Origin: a virus
Strand: one strand, 5' to 3'
DNA: 64,000 nucleotides
IMG/VR virus record: IMGVR_UViG_3300036985_006427
Span: 1-64,000 of that record
Of this stretch, positions 27,465 to 39,092 are shown piece by piece. The first letter of the stretch is position 1. Every line of letters starts with the position of its first letter. Under the pieces are notes generated by a model, which ran no database searches, was not told the origin of the DNA, and saw only the letters and a list, made by a program, of their open reading frames with translations. The translations under genes and the position numbers were made by a program.

Positions 27465-30400
27465 TTATGTTAAACTAATACTTTCTATCGTGATGTGTTG
27501 CTCTATGGATTCAGTGGGATTATTACTATCTCCATGAGGCTGTCCATTCTCACCTTGCACTGCCCCACAAGCCAACCAAGTCATGGTGATATCATTATGA
27601 AAATGGAAAAATATGTCATAAGTTGAATCTGCAGATTTTACAGCATCATCTAAAGTAAACGACACGTCGTAAGGTTCATCGATATAAGATTCGCTCTCAG
27701 CTTCTGCTGTACCACCCGTATCTTTGTGAGTTGGACCAGCTTTATTCGCTGCAATTCTAACAATTTCGTCTCCATAAGATCCATTTTGCTTTACGATCAA
27801 TGGTTTTGGATCACACTTTATTTTTTTTCTCACCTGAGAACATACAAAATATGCGTCAAAATCTTTTCCTGTAGAACCCGCTATCAGTGCGATTGTTGTT
27901 ACTTTATGCTGAGGGGTTAAACTTCCGATTTGCTTCGAATTAGGCATACAAAATGATAATGGAAGATTTTCACCGTTATTTATTACTTTTAGTTTTGTTA
28001 TTCCACCATCTGTGTGAACCTCCTCCACTCTTAATAAGATATTTAATGCACTAATGCCAACAATGTCTCCTTTCTTATAATCTGTCCCACTTTTTTCTAC
28101 AATTAAACAATGCTTACGTTCTAATACTCTATCAAGAGCAGCTTGTGATTTAAGAATCATCGAATTATTACTTGTCGAAAAATACCCACCAATATCCGCT
28201 GGAATAGTCAGAGTCAACATTTCGTAACGGTAAGGCAATAATTTCCCTGTTCGTCGCGGGTCTACATTCCAGTATGTTTCTAACATAATCGGTGGGTTTT
28301 TCATTGCACCTTCAGATGTTGCATCGGAAAAAATATAAGTTTCATCGTTTAATGTTACTGGTTGACATGTAGATCCCTCTGTATGAACATCTTTATATCT
28401 AGAAGGAATTTTAATGTCCACACCGCTAGCTTGTTGATAATTGTACTTGACACTATTTAAAATATTTCCGTCTGAGTCTTTTAAATTTTTAAAATCTTCT
28501 TGTAATAAATTTCTGATGTTTCTCGGATCAACCAAGCCTAAATCATTTACCTGAATACTGCCTGCTGCACCTCCACGATATACACCGTCAAGAAATTCTA
28601 CACCCGGATTAAAGTGGTGAACAGCAAAATACCTTGGGTCATAAACAGTAGATGAAGAGTCGTGACCTTGATATATCCTCACACTCAAATCTATAATATG
28701 CGCCTGCTTGTAACTGTCCACTAAATTACCAACCCCCCAAGTCTTTGTTTGATCTTGGGCTAATACTATTCCTAGTACGTCACCAAAAGAAGTACTTCTT
28801 GGAGCAGGTCCGGCTGCGGCAGACATTCCGTATAAATTTTGAGTTGTAAATTTTATCGATTCGTTTGCTTTAACTTTGTTGCTTGTTGTTATAACTCCAA
28901 ATGCTGCAGCACCCTCCCAATTGGATTGTGGAGATTTCTCATAAGCACCTGTCAGTTTGGTTGTCCAATTCATGCCTCCACCAACAGACGATGTATTCCA
29001 ATATCCTGCTTCGTGAAGTCTACCACCATAGCTTGGTTTAGGTGAAATTGATGGATTTGGAACCCAACCTCCCCATTTTAAAGGTCCGCCAACCTCATAG
29101 ACTACACGATTAGCGCTACAATTATGTTGTTCACGCTCTGGGGCATAATATGATATAGGAAACTTATAATTTGTCTGAGTTCTGGCTGCTTCGGCATAAA
29201 AACCACCCACGTCTTTTTGAACGCTACTCATGAATAAATTTTTGGCAAGTGTATCTTCAGTTCCATATTTAATTCCTATGGGCAAGCCAAACTGAAGATA
29301 TGCTTCCAGTTTCAAGGGTCTAAACATTAAATTACCATTTTTCCTTGGTTTAAAGTCGAAGGCACTCTCATTGGGATTGGGAGTTCCCGGTCCCGTGTTC
29401 GGACGTTTACATAGCCACGCACCTCCCGTAACCAAGTCATAAATATAAGCGTTGCTCTTGACCCCTGCGGTATTCATTTCGTTAAAAAGACCAATTGGCT
29501 TTATTGGACTGCCGTATGTCCCGTCTGGAGATGCATTTAGCATAACATCTGCTGGTATTGTTTTTCTACCGTCATTAAGACCTAGTTCAAACAAACTAGC
29601 GTCAGGCTTATCGCTTCCTCTGGACCATCTAGGGCCTTCTTGAGGAGGAGTTAGAGGATTTCCAAATGTGGCGTCACATTTCGCATTAGACGTGTTTCTT
29701 TCTGGAATATTCTCAAAAGGACTTATATTTGCAGGGTTGCTTGTGTCAAAATAATCAGCTTGAGTTGATATTGAGCCTTTGCTTGCAGAAACAACGTCCC
29801 AAGCTCTCGCATTGTCATAAACATTTGTTCCATCATATCCTGCTGGAAATACACATCCAAAAAATGTACCAGTATGAGCAGAATTTCTACTTGAGCGATC
29901 CTTGTTAAAAATAGATTTGCCAGCAGCATTTATGGTTGCAGAAGTGCTTGAAATAGAACATTTATCATCATTATTTTTATCGCCAACGCCTCCTTTACCT
30001 CTGATTCCAAAAATTTGACTATCTAAATAATCAAAAGATGTTGTTTGAAACCATCCACGTTCATCGAACCACTCTTCGTGAGTGCTTGTGTTAAAAGGTA
30101 CACCTGAATCATAACCTCCAGCAGTTCCATAATCTATTCCTGTTGTGCCATAGTTAAAAGGATGATCGTCACCGCCCCTGTGTTTATAATACAATTTATG
30201 AAAATTTAATTCTGCACTTCTTGGTGTTACATTTACTCTAGCATTACCATTTACTTTTTTCCCTTTAAAGAAAAATTCACTGGATGTTGCCATATATGTA
30301 AAAGAGCCCCATTTTCCAACAGAGGTTGTCACTACATCTGTTGTCGCGGCGTTCGGTTCACCCAATGAACTCACATACCATCTCCCATCTATTTCTGTAA

Positions 30401-31676
30401 GCAAAACCATATCTTCAGCCGAATATTCTTTTACAGAATTGATATTATATACTGTTACTGTTATTTTTTTATTTTTCTCCTCTGTAGCTGCCGTTGATGA
30501 GCATCTAGCTTCTCTTGTCATTTCGTAAGTAGGAGCCAATCGTAATCCCCCAAAGTTTTGATCGGTAATAGGCATCGCAAGACCAGTGGAAGGTATAAAT
30601 GAATACGTATTTTTTTCATCTGCAAAATCTTCAGCAGTGTTACTGACTGCTAGATGCGCATTAGATGGTCCATTGGGAGCTTTATCTAAACGTGTTGTTA
30701 ATCTAGCTAAAATGTTTTTATTTCCACTTTGCCATTTTCCTGTGACTGGATTGATTTGAACGTCTAGGGGAGCAGCGGTCTGAGCGGCAGTGTCAGTTGT
30801 GTTTGGAACGATGCTTTCACCATCACCATCTGGAATAGTTCCAATTGCATTAACCTTTGGACCGACGATAGTTAAATTTTTAATGGTAATAGCGTTGTTT
30901 CCAGATTTCATCATTGACTCATTGCCAAGATAAAGATTGAAAGATACATTTTCCGTTATGCTGCACCTATCGAAAACTCCATTGTCAACATAAAAGGTCA
31001 CAGGTCCGCTCCATTGAAGGTATGGACCTGCCTTGCTGCATTTTATTTCAGTGAGCAGTGCCCAGTCTGGAATGAGAACATCTTGAGCCGCGCCCCACAG
31101 TTTTCTTGGAAAATAATTCTGATGAATAACCATCCATTTGTTTAATTGAATCAAACCATATAACGGCTTTATGACTTTTAAAAGTGTAGATGGGTTATTA
31201 ACGCTGTTGTCTGGAACGTTGTAATGCTGCACCAAAGTGGTTCCATTTAAACCCATCGCATACAATATTTCTGAATCCTTTAAGGAATTCATCATCATCG
31301 CATCATTTATATTTTTTCCTTTATATTCCCATTTATCTGTATCCGATCCTCCAGCGTTATTCAAAGCTCCTTTTAAATTCTGTTTTTTAAATCTTCCAGC
31401 ATTTGGTATTTCTCTGTTTGGTTTCCATCCGTCCCAAAAAAATTCAGTAGTTGGAGTTATACCTAAAAGTTTATCTAAGCCATTGGGCGCATAAGATAAA
31501 GGATCAGAAGGGCTTGCTTGGTTTATATGTCTTCTGTTGAGATATCTACCATCAGCAGTTTTTTGATTCCACCAGTCTATGAGCGTGCCTGTTGTGAAAC
31601 TACTGAGTCCTATTTCTAAAAACCAAGGGTGATTTGTAGTAAATAAATGAATATCACCTTTATTTTGCTGTATCAT
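27465..31676 (-). CDS. Large putative tail-tip/virion protein (1403 aa)
   Basis: Position in the tail module; C-terminal SGTDYKKGDIV...GGITKLKVINNGEN resembles phage structural repeats. Confidence 0.55.
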   Translation of the reverse strand: MIQQNKGDIHLFTTNHPWFLEIGLSSFTTGTLIDWWNQKTADGRYLNRRHINQASPSDPLSYAPNGLDKLLGITPTTEFFWDGWKPNREIPNAGRFKKQNLKGALNNAGGSDTDKWEYKGKNINDAMMMNSLKDSEILYAMGLNGTTLVQHYNVPDNSVNNPSTLLKVIKPLYGLIQLNKWMVIHQNYFPRKLWGAAQDVLIPDWALLTEIKCSKAGPYLQWSGPVTFYVDNGVFDRCSITENVSFNLYLGNESMMKSGNNAITIKNLTIVGPKVNAIGTIPDGDGESIVPNTTDTAAQTAAPLDVQINPVTGKWQSGNKNILARLTTRLDKAPNGPSNAHLAVSNTAEDFADEKNTYSFIPSTGLAMPITDQNFGGLRLAPTYEMTREARCSSTAATEEKNKKITVTVYNINSVKEYSAEDMVLLTEIDGRWYVSSLGEPNAATTDVVTTSVGKWGSFTYMATSSEFFFKGKKVNGNARVNVTPRSAELNFHKLYYKHRGGDDHPFNYGTTGIDYGTAGGYDSGVPFNTSTHEEWFDERGWFQTTSFDYLDSQIFGIRGKGGVGDKNNDDKCSISSTSATINAAGKSIFNKDRSSRNSAHTGTFFGCVFPAGYDGTNVYDNARAWDVVSASKGSISTQADYFDTSNPANISPFENIPERNTSNAKCDATFGNPLTPPQEGPRWSRGSDKPDASLFELGLNDGRKTIPADVMLNASPDGTYGSPIKPIGLFNEMNTAGVKSNAYIYDLVTGGAWLCKRPNTGPGTPNPNESAFDFKPRKNGNLMFRPLKLEAYLQFGLPIGIKYGTEDTLAKNLFMSSVQKDVGGFYAEAARTQTNYKFPISYYAPEREQHNCSANRVVYEVGGPLKWGGWVPNPSISPKPSYGGRLHEAGYWNTSSVGGGMNWTTKLTGAYEKSPQSNWEGAAAFGVITTSNKVKANESIKFTTQNLYGMSAAAGPAPRSTSFGDVLGIVLAQDQTKTWGVGNLVDSYKQAHIIDLSVRIYQGHDSSSTVYDPRYFAVHHFNPGVEFLDGVYRGGAAGSIQVNDLGLVDPRNIRNLLQEDFKNLKDSDGNILNSVKYNYQQASGVDIKIPSRYKDVHTEGSTCQPVTLNDETYIFSDATSEGAMKNPPIMLETYWNVDPRRTGKLLPYRYEMLTLTIPADIGGYFSTSNNSMILKSQAALDRVLERKHCLIVEKSGTDYKKGDIVGISALNILLRVEEVHTDGGITKLKVINNGENLPLSFCMPNSKQIGSLTPQHKVTTIALIAGSTGKDFDAYFVCSQVRKKIKCDPKPLIVKQNGSYGDEIVRIAANKAGPTHKDTGGTAEAESESYIDEPYDVSFTLDDAVKSADSTYDIFFHFHNDITMTWLACGAVQGENGQPHGDSNNPTESIEQHITIESISLT

Positions 31677-31705
31677 ATTTTCCTCCTTTTGAGTCCATCG
31701 TTACA

Positions 31706-34700
31706 TTATAGAAAATTTAAGTCAGAAAAGTTTTGTTGAATTTCCATAGACGGCAAAGATGAGTTTGGTCCTTGTGAATACGCTTGAAGTATATCGCCCA
31801 TAGATGATACTGCTGTTGAATTTAAAGCCTGCTGAGTACCATAAGTGCCTACTCTTGCCATCGCTGCCGCTGAAGAATAAGAAACACCTGTATCTTTTCC
31901 AACTGCTACAACCCCTTCTTTTATTTCTTCACCAAATACTCTATTTGATTCAACTTGATTTGTCACACTATTGACCAAGTTCATTATTTGTTTTCCCCCA
32001 CCGTTCATCACGGTGTTCACCAAATCTGCGCTGGTGGCGCGTTTTCCTAAGCCTCTTCTTATAGCGCTATTTTGTTCATCTCTGAGTTTTTGTCTTTCTC
32101 TGGCTATTTGACTTATTGCCATCTCTTTTTGTTTCGCTAATTTTCCCCATTGAGCTGTGTATAAATCCAACTTGACGGTCGTTTTTACTCCTCCTTGAGA
32201 AACATTTATTCCTATAGACGTTATCAACGGTCCTTCTGCTTGTAAGGCTTTTGCTAACGCTATACCTGTTGGAGCATCTGGAAAAACAAAACCTCCTCGT
32301 TCACTAAACAAAAGTAAACTGTTTGAAAACTGAGCTTCTAAAGATCCTGCTTCGTTCATCAATTGATAACCAGCATAATTCCAAGGAGCTAAATTTTCAT
32401 TCTTGATAAATTCTACCTTGCCGCCAATATCAGAATATTTAATTCTTGAATCCTCTTCAGGGTTTAATTGGCTCGCTGACATCCATGGACCATAACATCT
32501 TTCCATAGACATCAATGGCAAAGCTATCAAGTCTGGATAAACTGGTGACGGTTGAATATAATTGATAGCAGTATTTGGACTGTTTGCTATGCTTCCTTTT
32601 ACTATTTTTTTAGCAATTGATCTTGCGGATGAAATTTCACCCAAAGATAGATTGAGCCAATCTGATTTTTTTCCGGGTATAAAGGCCATTTCCAACGGAG
32701 CCAATCCAAATACTCCTATCACAAATTCTGAACCAACTAAATTATATCTTTGTGCCTCTCTTATTGCTTTTTCTCTTTGTTGTAAGAAAACCGGAGAAAG
32801 TAGGTCTGAAGGATTGACCCTAAACAGAGTAGGTTCACATCTTAAATTTGGTGGTCCGGGAACTGGAATAGCTGGGAAATTAAACTCCGGAATTTGCACA
32901 GTATCTTGTGTCATAAGATGTTTAAGCTGCGCCGCTTGATATGTTTGATTTTGACCATCATTCCATCTTGTGTCCACTGAGCTTTTTATTCTTCCGGGAA
33001 GCGTTATCAAAGCATACACATGTTCATCGTCTAATTGTTCTGTATCTGTGTCTATGATCCAACCATCTAAATCTGCATTGTAGGTTCTGCTAAAATCAAC
33101 CCAAGGAGAAGCTGTACCATCAACACCCCCGTTTTTAGGAAGGGAAAACAATGGAACGATTTCTTCAAAAATATATTTAGACGCCCTGCATCCGTTAGCA
33201 CCAACGGTTTCTACTAATTTTTGTTCCGGAATAGACAAGTTAAACGAATAGTTTCTTGCAAATTGAGTCAACGAATAATCTTTGAGTCTCGGAGGCATGT
33301 ATAGCTTTTCTTCAACACTACACTTTACAAAAGCCATTGATGGCGGTTGTAATATTTTTTTATTTCGATCCGCTTCTGTTGCCGCTAAACCTTCAAACCT
33401 TGTTTTTTGATCTATATTGTTGTTTGGCAATTCTTCGACAACATCCGCAATGAATTGACCGCCCTGAGTAACAACCTGTTGAACAATGTCGTTCTTACTA
33501 ACGCCAGTAAAGTCTAACAATTCACTATGATTAAACCTAACATAGCATTGAACACGACTGGTATCGCTGAGTAAATTTGTGGTATCAACTGGACACAAAC
33601 CTTGCTGAATAGCCGGAGGCAAAGCGCTCCAAGGAACGCCATTTTTCAGAGCTTGCAATGCAGATATATTGACTCCAAACATATTGAATCCAAAAAAACC
33701 GCCTTGTGATTCTGGTTTATAATTCCATTCCCAAGCTTCACTGAATGGATTAAAATTACCTTTCAAGGCTCCAAAATTATATGAAGCAGAAGCTCCACGT
33801 CTTTGAGATAGATTTTTATCTGAAACATAATCTTGTAAATAAGGATACCACAAGTTTGAAGGATTGCTGTTTGATAGTGCGTCCAATGCCCTCAGTTCAT
33901 ATCCTATGTTGCCAGAAAGTCTATTGATATCATAATAAACTCCTCCGATAGCAGCGGGATCTGAAGAAATAGGTTTCGGAGGAAATCCAAAAGGACCATT
34001 TTTAACATTGAATGGAGTTGTTCCAGTGAAAGTAGAGATCGTTGATGAATAGCCAAGGTTGCATGACTTTGGAAGTCTAACCAAAAACTTTTTACCAAGA
34101 CATTCATCTGCTATAGCTTTTACAAATTCGTATACTTTTTTCGCATTTTCTTCATGTTTCTTTGCTGTTTTTTCGATATTAAATAAGAATTTTCCCAAAG
34201 GGCCATTTCCTATATTTTGAACATAAGCTACTGTGTCTCCAGCCGCTTTTAGTTGAGATTGTAATTTCAAATAATTATTGATGGTTTGCTGAGCCTTTGA
34301 AATTTCTTCTGTTAATGCTTTCTTTTCTTTGTCATCAGAATAATAAAGCTTATTTAAAGTATCTTGTAAATCAGCTACATGATCTATAGCTCTCGGCAAT
34401 TGCAGCATCGGAGCTTCAACACTTTCAAGTCCTTTTTGTAGATGTTCTGTATCTTTTATCAATCTAGTTTTTGCATTCACAAGGCTACTGATTCCAGCTT
34501 CAAGTATTCCAATGTTGGTGGCTCTTCTGTAATAAAGAGGATAACCAAAAGGAGGAGAGCATGGACTAGCTGGATATCCATCCTCAGTAACGACAGGTTT
34601 GTCAGAATGCCAAACGCATCTTGGAACTGTGACTGCATATTGCCTGCCTTTTAATGCGTTTATAGCACTGGTGATTTCACCATCCTGTAAAGCTCCAGCT

Positions 34701-36793
34701 AATTCAGTAATTTTTGCAAACGATTGAGCTTGAATCGCTTCTGATCCAGCAGACAGAGTGCTTAAAAAAGCTCGGTGCTCTGAAATATCTTCAATGTAAG
34801 TATCGTTGTATGATAATAAAAAATCTTTCCATTTTTCGTATGAGATTAAAGCTGCTCGTAGCTCCATCTCTGTCGCCACGTAATAGCTTCCAACTCCATG
34901 AGCGTTTAGAGATGTGGCGTCCAGTAAAATCTGTTGGTAAGAACCAAAGCCTCTTGGTATTGATATAGCTTTGTTTCCAATCATACCATAATACGGCAAA
35001 AGTTGCTGTTGCTCTTGAACTCTGAGATCCCATTGGGATTGTTGAAGCCAAGTCATATTGGCGGTATTGTTCGCTTGATTCGAAGTCCAGAGAGTGTCTC
35101 TATCACGTTCAGTGGAAAAGAAATATGTTTCGACCTCTTGGGCACCAACAACAAACTTGTCGGTAACAACATTGGATAATTCATAACCAACATCTTGGTT
35201 TTCTACATTGATGCCTCTTGACTCTAAATTATCTAAGTATGATTTTATCGCGCCATATTTTGGCTGCTTTGTTTTATCTATAGCATCTAGTCTTATTATT
35301 CCTGTGATAATATTTGCGGATTTTCCTTGAGATATTTGGTCGTTGTTGTAATTATAGAAAAATTCACATGACGGATGATCTATAACCGGAAGCAATGTTA
35401 CGTATAGTTCATGACTAATGATATCGCATAACTCTTGAGCTAGGCTCAGCAAGTCTATTTGGCTAAAATCCATGTAATACAATAGTGGGATTTTTCCTGT
35501 GGGGATTCCACCAAAATCAACCACATAATTAAATCCTCTAAAATTTATTGATCCGCCAAAACCAGCTTGAACATATTCTTGTGGCATGAACCCGTCGTAT
35601 TGAAACAATGCGGACAAAGCTTGAGAAATGCGATAAAATGGCATTCCTTTGTCGCTTCTTCTTGAAAAACCTTGACCAGTGATTGGGAAAAATCTAGGTA
35701 GATTTTCTGGGTTAACAATAGAATTGTTTACTTCAAAAAAGTATTCATCCTTCAAGAGAACTGGCTTAGGGTTTATATCAGTTGTCAACGATCCATCAGA
35801 TGAAACCCATTGTCTCGCTGAAGGTGTAACTTGAGCTATGTTATTAGTCTTTTCCCAACCAGTAACGTCATTCCAATTAGATAAAACTCCAACATAATCT
35901 ACTCTTCCAGAATTATCAACAAGCTTAGTTACAATTGCGGCTGTGCCTTCTCTTTCAAATTTTGTCAGCAATTGAACCGATGGATCATATTCTAAAAACC
36001 CATAGACATTTATAAGGTTTTTATTGTTGAATGTTGTTCCTTGGTAGTCGTTTAATAGAACTGCTACATTGGATAGAATTTCCCTCGGATCTGTGAGCTG
36101 AACAGCATACGTTGGCTTGCCACCGTTGCCTTTATTTTGAGTGTAGCTTTGCAGTATCCCACCAAAATTAAAGTGAGAACGTCCTCGCCAGTATGTGTTT
36201 ATATCCCATAAAGCGCTTCTGTTTTGAATGAGTTTCGCTTGACGGTCAACAAAATGATATGGTTTCAATTCGTCGAAATCATCTGGGTTCCAGCTTGACG
36301 TAGGAAATGGAACGCCCCAAGCATTATTGGCTATTTTTGGAGGAAGGGTTTCTATGCCATACAGATCATCGTACGTTTGACGGAAAGCCTGATCTATTGT
36401 TGCTGGATTTTTTCCAAACTTAAAAAATACTGGCGTGCCAACAACGGGAGGTCTGAAAGTATCATATTCTCCGTTGTGGTATGGATCGTCTCCGTAACCC
36501 AATGTTGTTGAGTCTGATTTATTGAATTCGTCATTTATTAAATTGACGCTCATTGTAGATGATGAAGATCCAAACCCTGCGCTTAAATCAAAGTCAATGA
36601 TAGAAGCTCCAAGAAATGTTTGTTGTACAAACCCTTCATTGCCAAAGTTTCCACCGGTGAGATTATCTGCGGTCCAACCTCCAGTTGATATGCCTCCGCT
36701 GGCTCCTTGAGGTAGATTAAAATGAACAGGCCAATCTTTTCCGTATTCACCTGAAGGCGGAATTATTCCATATGCATTATCTAAATTTGACAT
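31706..36793 (-). CDS. Putative baseplate hub/central tail protein (1695 aa)
   Basis: N-terminal beta region (STMSVNL, FGGILQSY, VQLTDPRE..L) and C-terminal ITSIGINV..GGVKTT typical of hub proteins; lies downstream of the TMP. Confidence 0.55.
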   Translation of the reverse strand: MSNLDNAYGIIPPSGEYGKDWPVHFNLPQGASGGISTGGWTADNLTGGNFGNEGFVQQTFLGASIIDFDLSAGFGSSSSTMSVNLINDEFNKSDSTTLGYGDDPYHNGEYDTFRPPVVGTPVFFKFGKNPATIDQAFRQTYDDLYGIETLPPKIANNAWGVPFPTSSWNPDDFDELKPYHFVDRQAKLIQNRSALWDINTYWRGRSHFNFGGILQSYTQNKGNGGKPTYAVQLTDPREILSNVAVLLNDYQGTTFNNKNLINVYGFLEYDPSVQLLTKFEREGTAAIVTKLVDNSGRVDYVGVLSNWNDVTGWEKTNNIAQVTPSARQWVSSDGSLTTDINPKPVLLKDEYFFEVNNSIVNPENLPRFFPITGQGFSRRSDKGMPFYRISQALSALFQYDGFMPQEYVQAGFGGSINFRGFNYVVDFGGIPTGKIPLLYYMDFSQIDLLSLAQELCDIISHELYVTLLPVIDHPSCEFFYNYNNDQISQGKSANIITGIIRLDAIDKTKQPKYGAIKSYLDNLESRGINVENQDVGYELSNVVTDKFVVGAQEVETYFFSTERDRDTLWTSNQANNTANMTWLQQSQWDLRVQEQQQLLPYYGMIGNKAISIPRGFGSYQQILLDATSLNAHGVGSYYVATEMELRAALISYEKWKDFLLSYNDTYIEDISEHRAFLSTLSAGSEAIQAQSFAKITELAGALQDGEITSAINALKGRQYAVTVPRCVWHSDKPVVTEDGYPASPCSPPFGYPLYYRRATNIGILEAGISSLVNAKTRLIKDTEHLQKGLESVEAPMLQLPRAIDHVADLQDTLNKLYYSDDKEKKALTEEISKAQQTINNYLKLQSQLKAAGDTVAYVQNIGNGPLGKFLFNIEKTAKKHEENAKKVYEFVKAIADECLGKKFLVRLPKSCNLGYSSTISTFTGTTPFNVKNGPFGFPPKPISSDPAAIGGVYYDINRLSGNIGYELRALDALSNSNPSNLWYPYLQDYVSDKNLSQRRGASASYNFGALKGNFNPFSEAWEWNYKPESQGGFFGFNMFGVNISALQALKNGVPWSALPPAIQQGLCPVDTTNLLSDTSRVQCYVRFNHSELLDFTGVSKNDIVQQVVTQGGQFIADVVEELPNNNIDQKTRFEGLAATEADRNKKILQPPSMAFVKCSVEEKLYMPPRLKDYSLTQFARNYSFNLSIPEQKLVETVGANGCRASKYIFEEIVPLFSLPKNGGVDGTASPWVDFSRTYNADLDGWIIDTDTEQLDDEHVYALITLPGRIKSSVDTRWNDGQNQTYQAAQLKHLMTQDTVQIPEFNFPAIPVPGPPNLRCEPTLFRVNPSDLLSPVFLQQREKAIREAQRYNLVGSEFVIGVFGLAPLEMAFIPGKKSDWLNLSLGEISSARSIAKKIVKGSIANSPNTAINYIQPSPVYPDLIALPLMSMERCYGPWMSASQLNPEEDSRIKYSDIGGKVEFIKNENLAPWNYAGYQLMNEAGSLEAQFSNSLLLFSERGGFVFPDAPTGIALAKALQAEGPLITSIGINVSQGGVKTTVKLDLYTAQWGKLAKQKEMAISQIARERQKLRDEQNSAIRRGLGKRATSADLVNTVMNGGGKQIMNLVNSVTNQVESNRVFGEEIKEGVVAVGKDTGVSYSSAAAMARVGTYGTQQALNSTAVSSMGDILQAYSQGPNSSLPSMEIQQNFSDLNFL

Positions 36794-36807
36794 TTATCCT
36801 CTCCAAA

Positions 36808-37344
36808 TTATCCGTATGGGTTCCAATTGACAGAAGTCCTAAAGGTAGAAATATATGGTATTGATATTACTCCCACTGGAAGAACTAGTTCATGATGAAT
36901 ATAGTTGTTGAATATGGTAAAATCTTCTATTTGTTTAGACCTTACATCTTCGCCATTAGAAAATCTACTTCTCTCAAGATTATAATGAAAAATGCCACTT
37001 TGCCTATTCTGATCGCATAAAACCCCATCTTCTGATGGATATGTTTTTAATATTCCTGAAGCATCCCACCAAGCGTCACTATAATAGTTGTTTATATCGC
37101 TGGCTTTATACTTTGCTTCTGTTTGTTCGTTGGGATATGGAAACGGTACATTTATCCCAGAGCCTCTGAAAGACGGTGCTTCTGATCTCATTCTGTGAGA
37201 TTGAGTAACGTCAAAACCGTTTGATTCTCCCGAAGGCAACAATCCAGAGACTGGCATTGCTTGTTGCTGTGAAGACAAAGGAAGGTTTGGACCTAACCCT
37301 GCGTCAAAAAAATCTGACCATTTAGGTTTATAAGCATGTGTCAT
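36808..37344 (-). CDS. Hypothetical virion protein (Ser-Gly-rich)
   Basis: Tightly packed in the tail operon. Confidence 0.6.
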   Translation of the reverse strand: MTHAYKPKWSDFFDAGLGPNLPLSSQQQAMPVSGLLPSGESNGFDVTQSHRMRSEAPSFRGSGINVPFPYPNEQTEAKYKASDINNYYSDAWWDASGILKTYPSEDGVLCDQNRQSGIFHYNLERSRFSNGEDVRSKQIEDFTIFNNYIHHELVLPVGVISIPYISTFRTSVNWNPYG

Positions 37345-37346
37345 GA

Positions 37347-39092
37347 TTAACGATCCAACTCATATGTCCAAGAGATATTGAATGAATAAGTGCCTTCTTT
37401 AGGATTCCAACTTTCGCTAGGAGGAGATATGAAATACTTTCTGACTCCGGGTTCATTCTTTGGACTAAGTTCGTTTATTAATCCAGCTATTTGACTAGCG
37501 GTTGGTTCAACAAGACTGGGTTTTTTCAATATCAATGTATTTCTTTTGTCTCCATATGCTATTTTTGTATAGTCCATAGTCAAGCTTATAGAAACATCCC
37601 TTTTATACTCTGTTCTTCCGCCTATATATTGTAGCACTGGACCAGTTGCTCTGCCAAGAACTGGAATGATCGCAAAAATATCTCCGGGATAAGTATCGTT
37701 GACCTGAATACTTTCAGCGATAACCCCTGATATTATATTTGTTGGTCTGTTGTTGAAGCTAAGATTATAAGATATATCTCCAGTGTATTGATTTGAACTC
37801 AAGCTCATGGAGACTGGCTGAGAATTAAGGGCAACTGCAACTAAATTATTAGCACGTTTATATATTGGACTGATCAATCCAAACCTTCCGCTGTTTGATA
37901 TTTCATTATATTTTGACAAAGCGTTTGCATACGCTCCGCTGACAGCGTTAAAATTTGCACTTCCAAGACCAGATCCATAAACTGGTGAAAAATTACGCAA
38001 ACCCTTTATCGCTCCATCTATTTGGACCGTAATGAAAGGATCGGTGTTTGATGTGGATGTAGATAAATTATAAACTTCATTTGCTTTTCCACTGCTCAAT
38101 ATCCAGTTTTCTGACACTGAGTATGTACCTTCAGTGACATTGATTTGCTCAGTTCTTACATGATTATAACCACCGTAAGAATTCACTAAATTGATAGTAC
38201 CAGAGCCTATTTGACCAATAATATTAGGATATTGTATGCCAGTTCCGCCACCGCTTAGTCTTTTCTGCACAAACCTTTTAGCTTGTTCCCAAGCTGGCAC
38301 ATTCAAGCTTCCAATGGCAGACGTTTGGTAATTGTAGCTTGTGCTTGCTGGTCCATAAACCGTTTTACCAGTAGCGCTCAGAGAATGAGATATTCTATAA
38401 GTTATGGGATTATCAACAGACTCACCAGTTTGGTCGTCTGCTTCGATACCCCAGTCTTCACTGTAAGTTTCGATAAACGCAGTATCTTGACTGCTGAGCA
38501 AGGCAGAAATGTTAGTGTCTGTGGCTCGAAGATCTCCATTAACAAATGTTCCTTCATAGTCTACATACTGGTCTGGATCGTCCCCTCGAAGTAGATAATC
38601 AGCTTCTAAAACTATCGTATACTCACACTTAGTGATATATTGACCTTCAGTAAAGTCAACACTAATAGTTCTTGGAAAACAAGTTATTGTAGCCCCAGCA
38701 TTATCGAGAATATCTGTTATTTCTACTCGTTGTCCATCTTGGGCAAACAAAGCTCTTAAAGCTCGCTGTTTGCTAAAAATAGCAGACTCTGGTTTATGAA
38801 CTTTTTGCTTGGGTGGTCTTGATCGTTGGGATGTAGGAACAGAGTCAAACTGGCCATACGGACCAACACCTGTAGGAGCAGCGTTTGCAAAAAAATCAAA
38901 CAGCGTATTTGTATCTGGACTTAATGCGTACGGTGTTCCTTCATTTGGCAGTAAACTACCAGTAAGGGTAATTGTATAGGTAACCCCAAAATTTCCCTCT
39001 TTATTTTTTAGAATAGACTCAGAAATTTGAACTAACGGTGTTGGACGCACAGTACAAATGTCAGTATTTTTGTAATAAACTTTTATTGGCAT
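37347..39092 (-). CDS. Putative distal-tail/tail-tip protein
   Basis: Repeated beta motifs (YTITLTG, YRISHSLSATG, ISYNLSF, YSFNISWTY); position in the tail module. Confidence 0.5.
   Translation of the reverse strand: MPIKVYYKNTDICTVRPTPLVQISESILKNKEGNFGVTYTITLTGSLLPNEGTPYALSPDTNTLFDFFANAAPTGVGPYGQFDSVPTSQRSRPPKQKVHKPESAIFSKQRALRALFAQDGQRVEITDILDNAGATITCFPRTISVDFTEGQYITKCEYTIVLEADYLLRGDDPDQYVDYEGTFVNGDLRATDTNISALLSSQDTAFIETYSEDWGIEADDQTGESVDNPITYRISHSLSATGKTVYGPASTSYNYQTSAIGSLNVPAWEQAKRFVQKRLSGGGTGIQYPNIIGQIGSGTINLVNSYGGYNHVRTEQINVTEGTYSVSENWILSSGKANEVYNLSTSTSNTDPFITVQIDGAIKGLRNFSPVYGSGLGSANFNAVSGAYANALSKYNEISNSGRFGLISPIYKRANNLVAVALNSQPVSMSLSSNQYTGDISYNLSFNNRPTNIISGVIAESIQVNDTYPGDIFAIIPVLGRATGPVLQYIGGRTEYKRDVSISLTMDYTKIAYGDKRNTLILKKPSLVEPTASQIAGLINELSPKNEPGVRKYFISPPSESWNPKEGTYSFNISWTYELDR

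Noticed and set aside
26903-27478. 191-aa + strand ORF
   Set aside because: It is antisense to the 249-aa gene, which has an RBS, a promoter motif and fits the operon direction.
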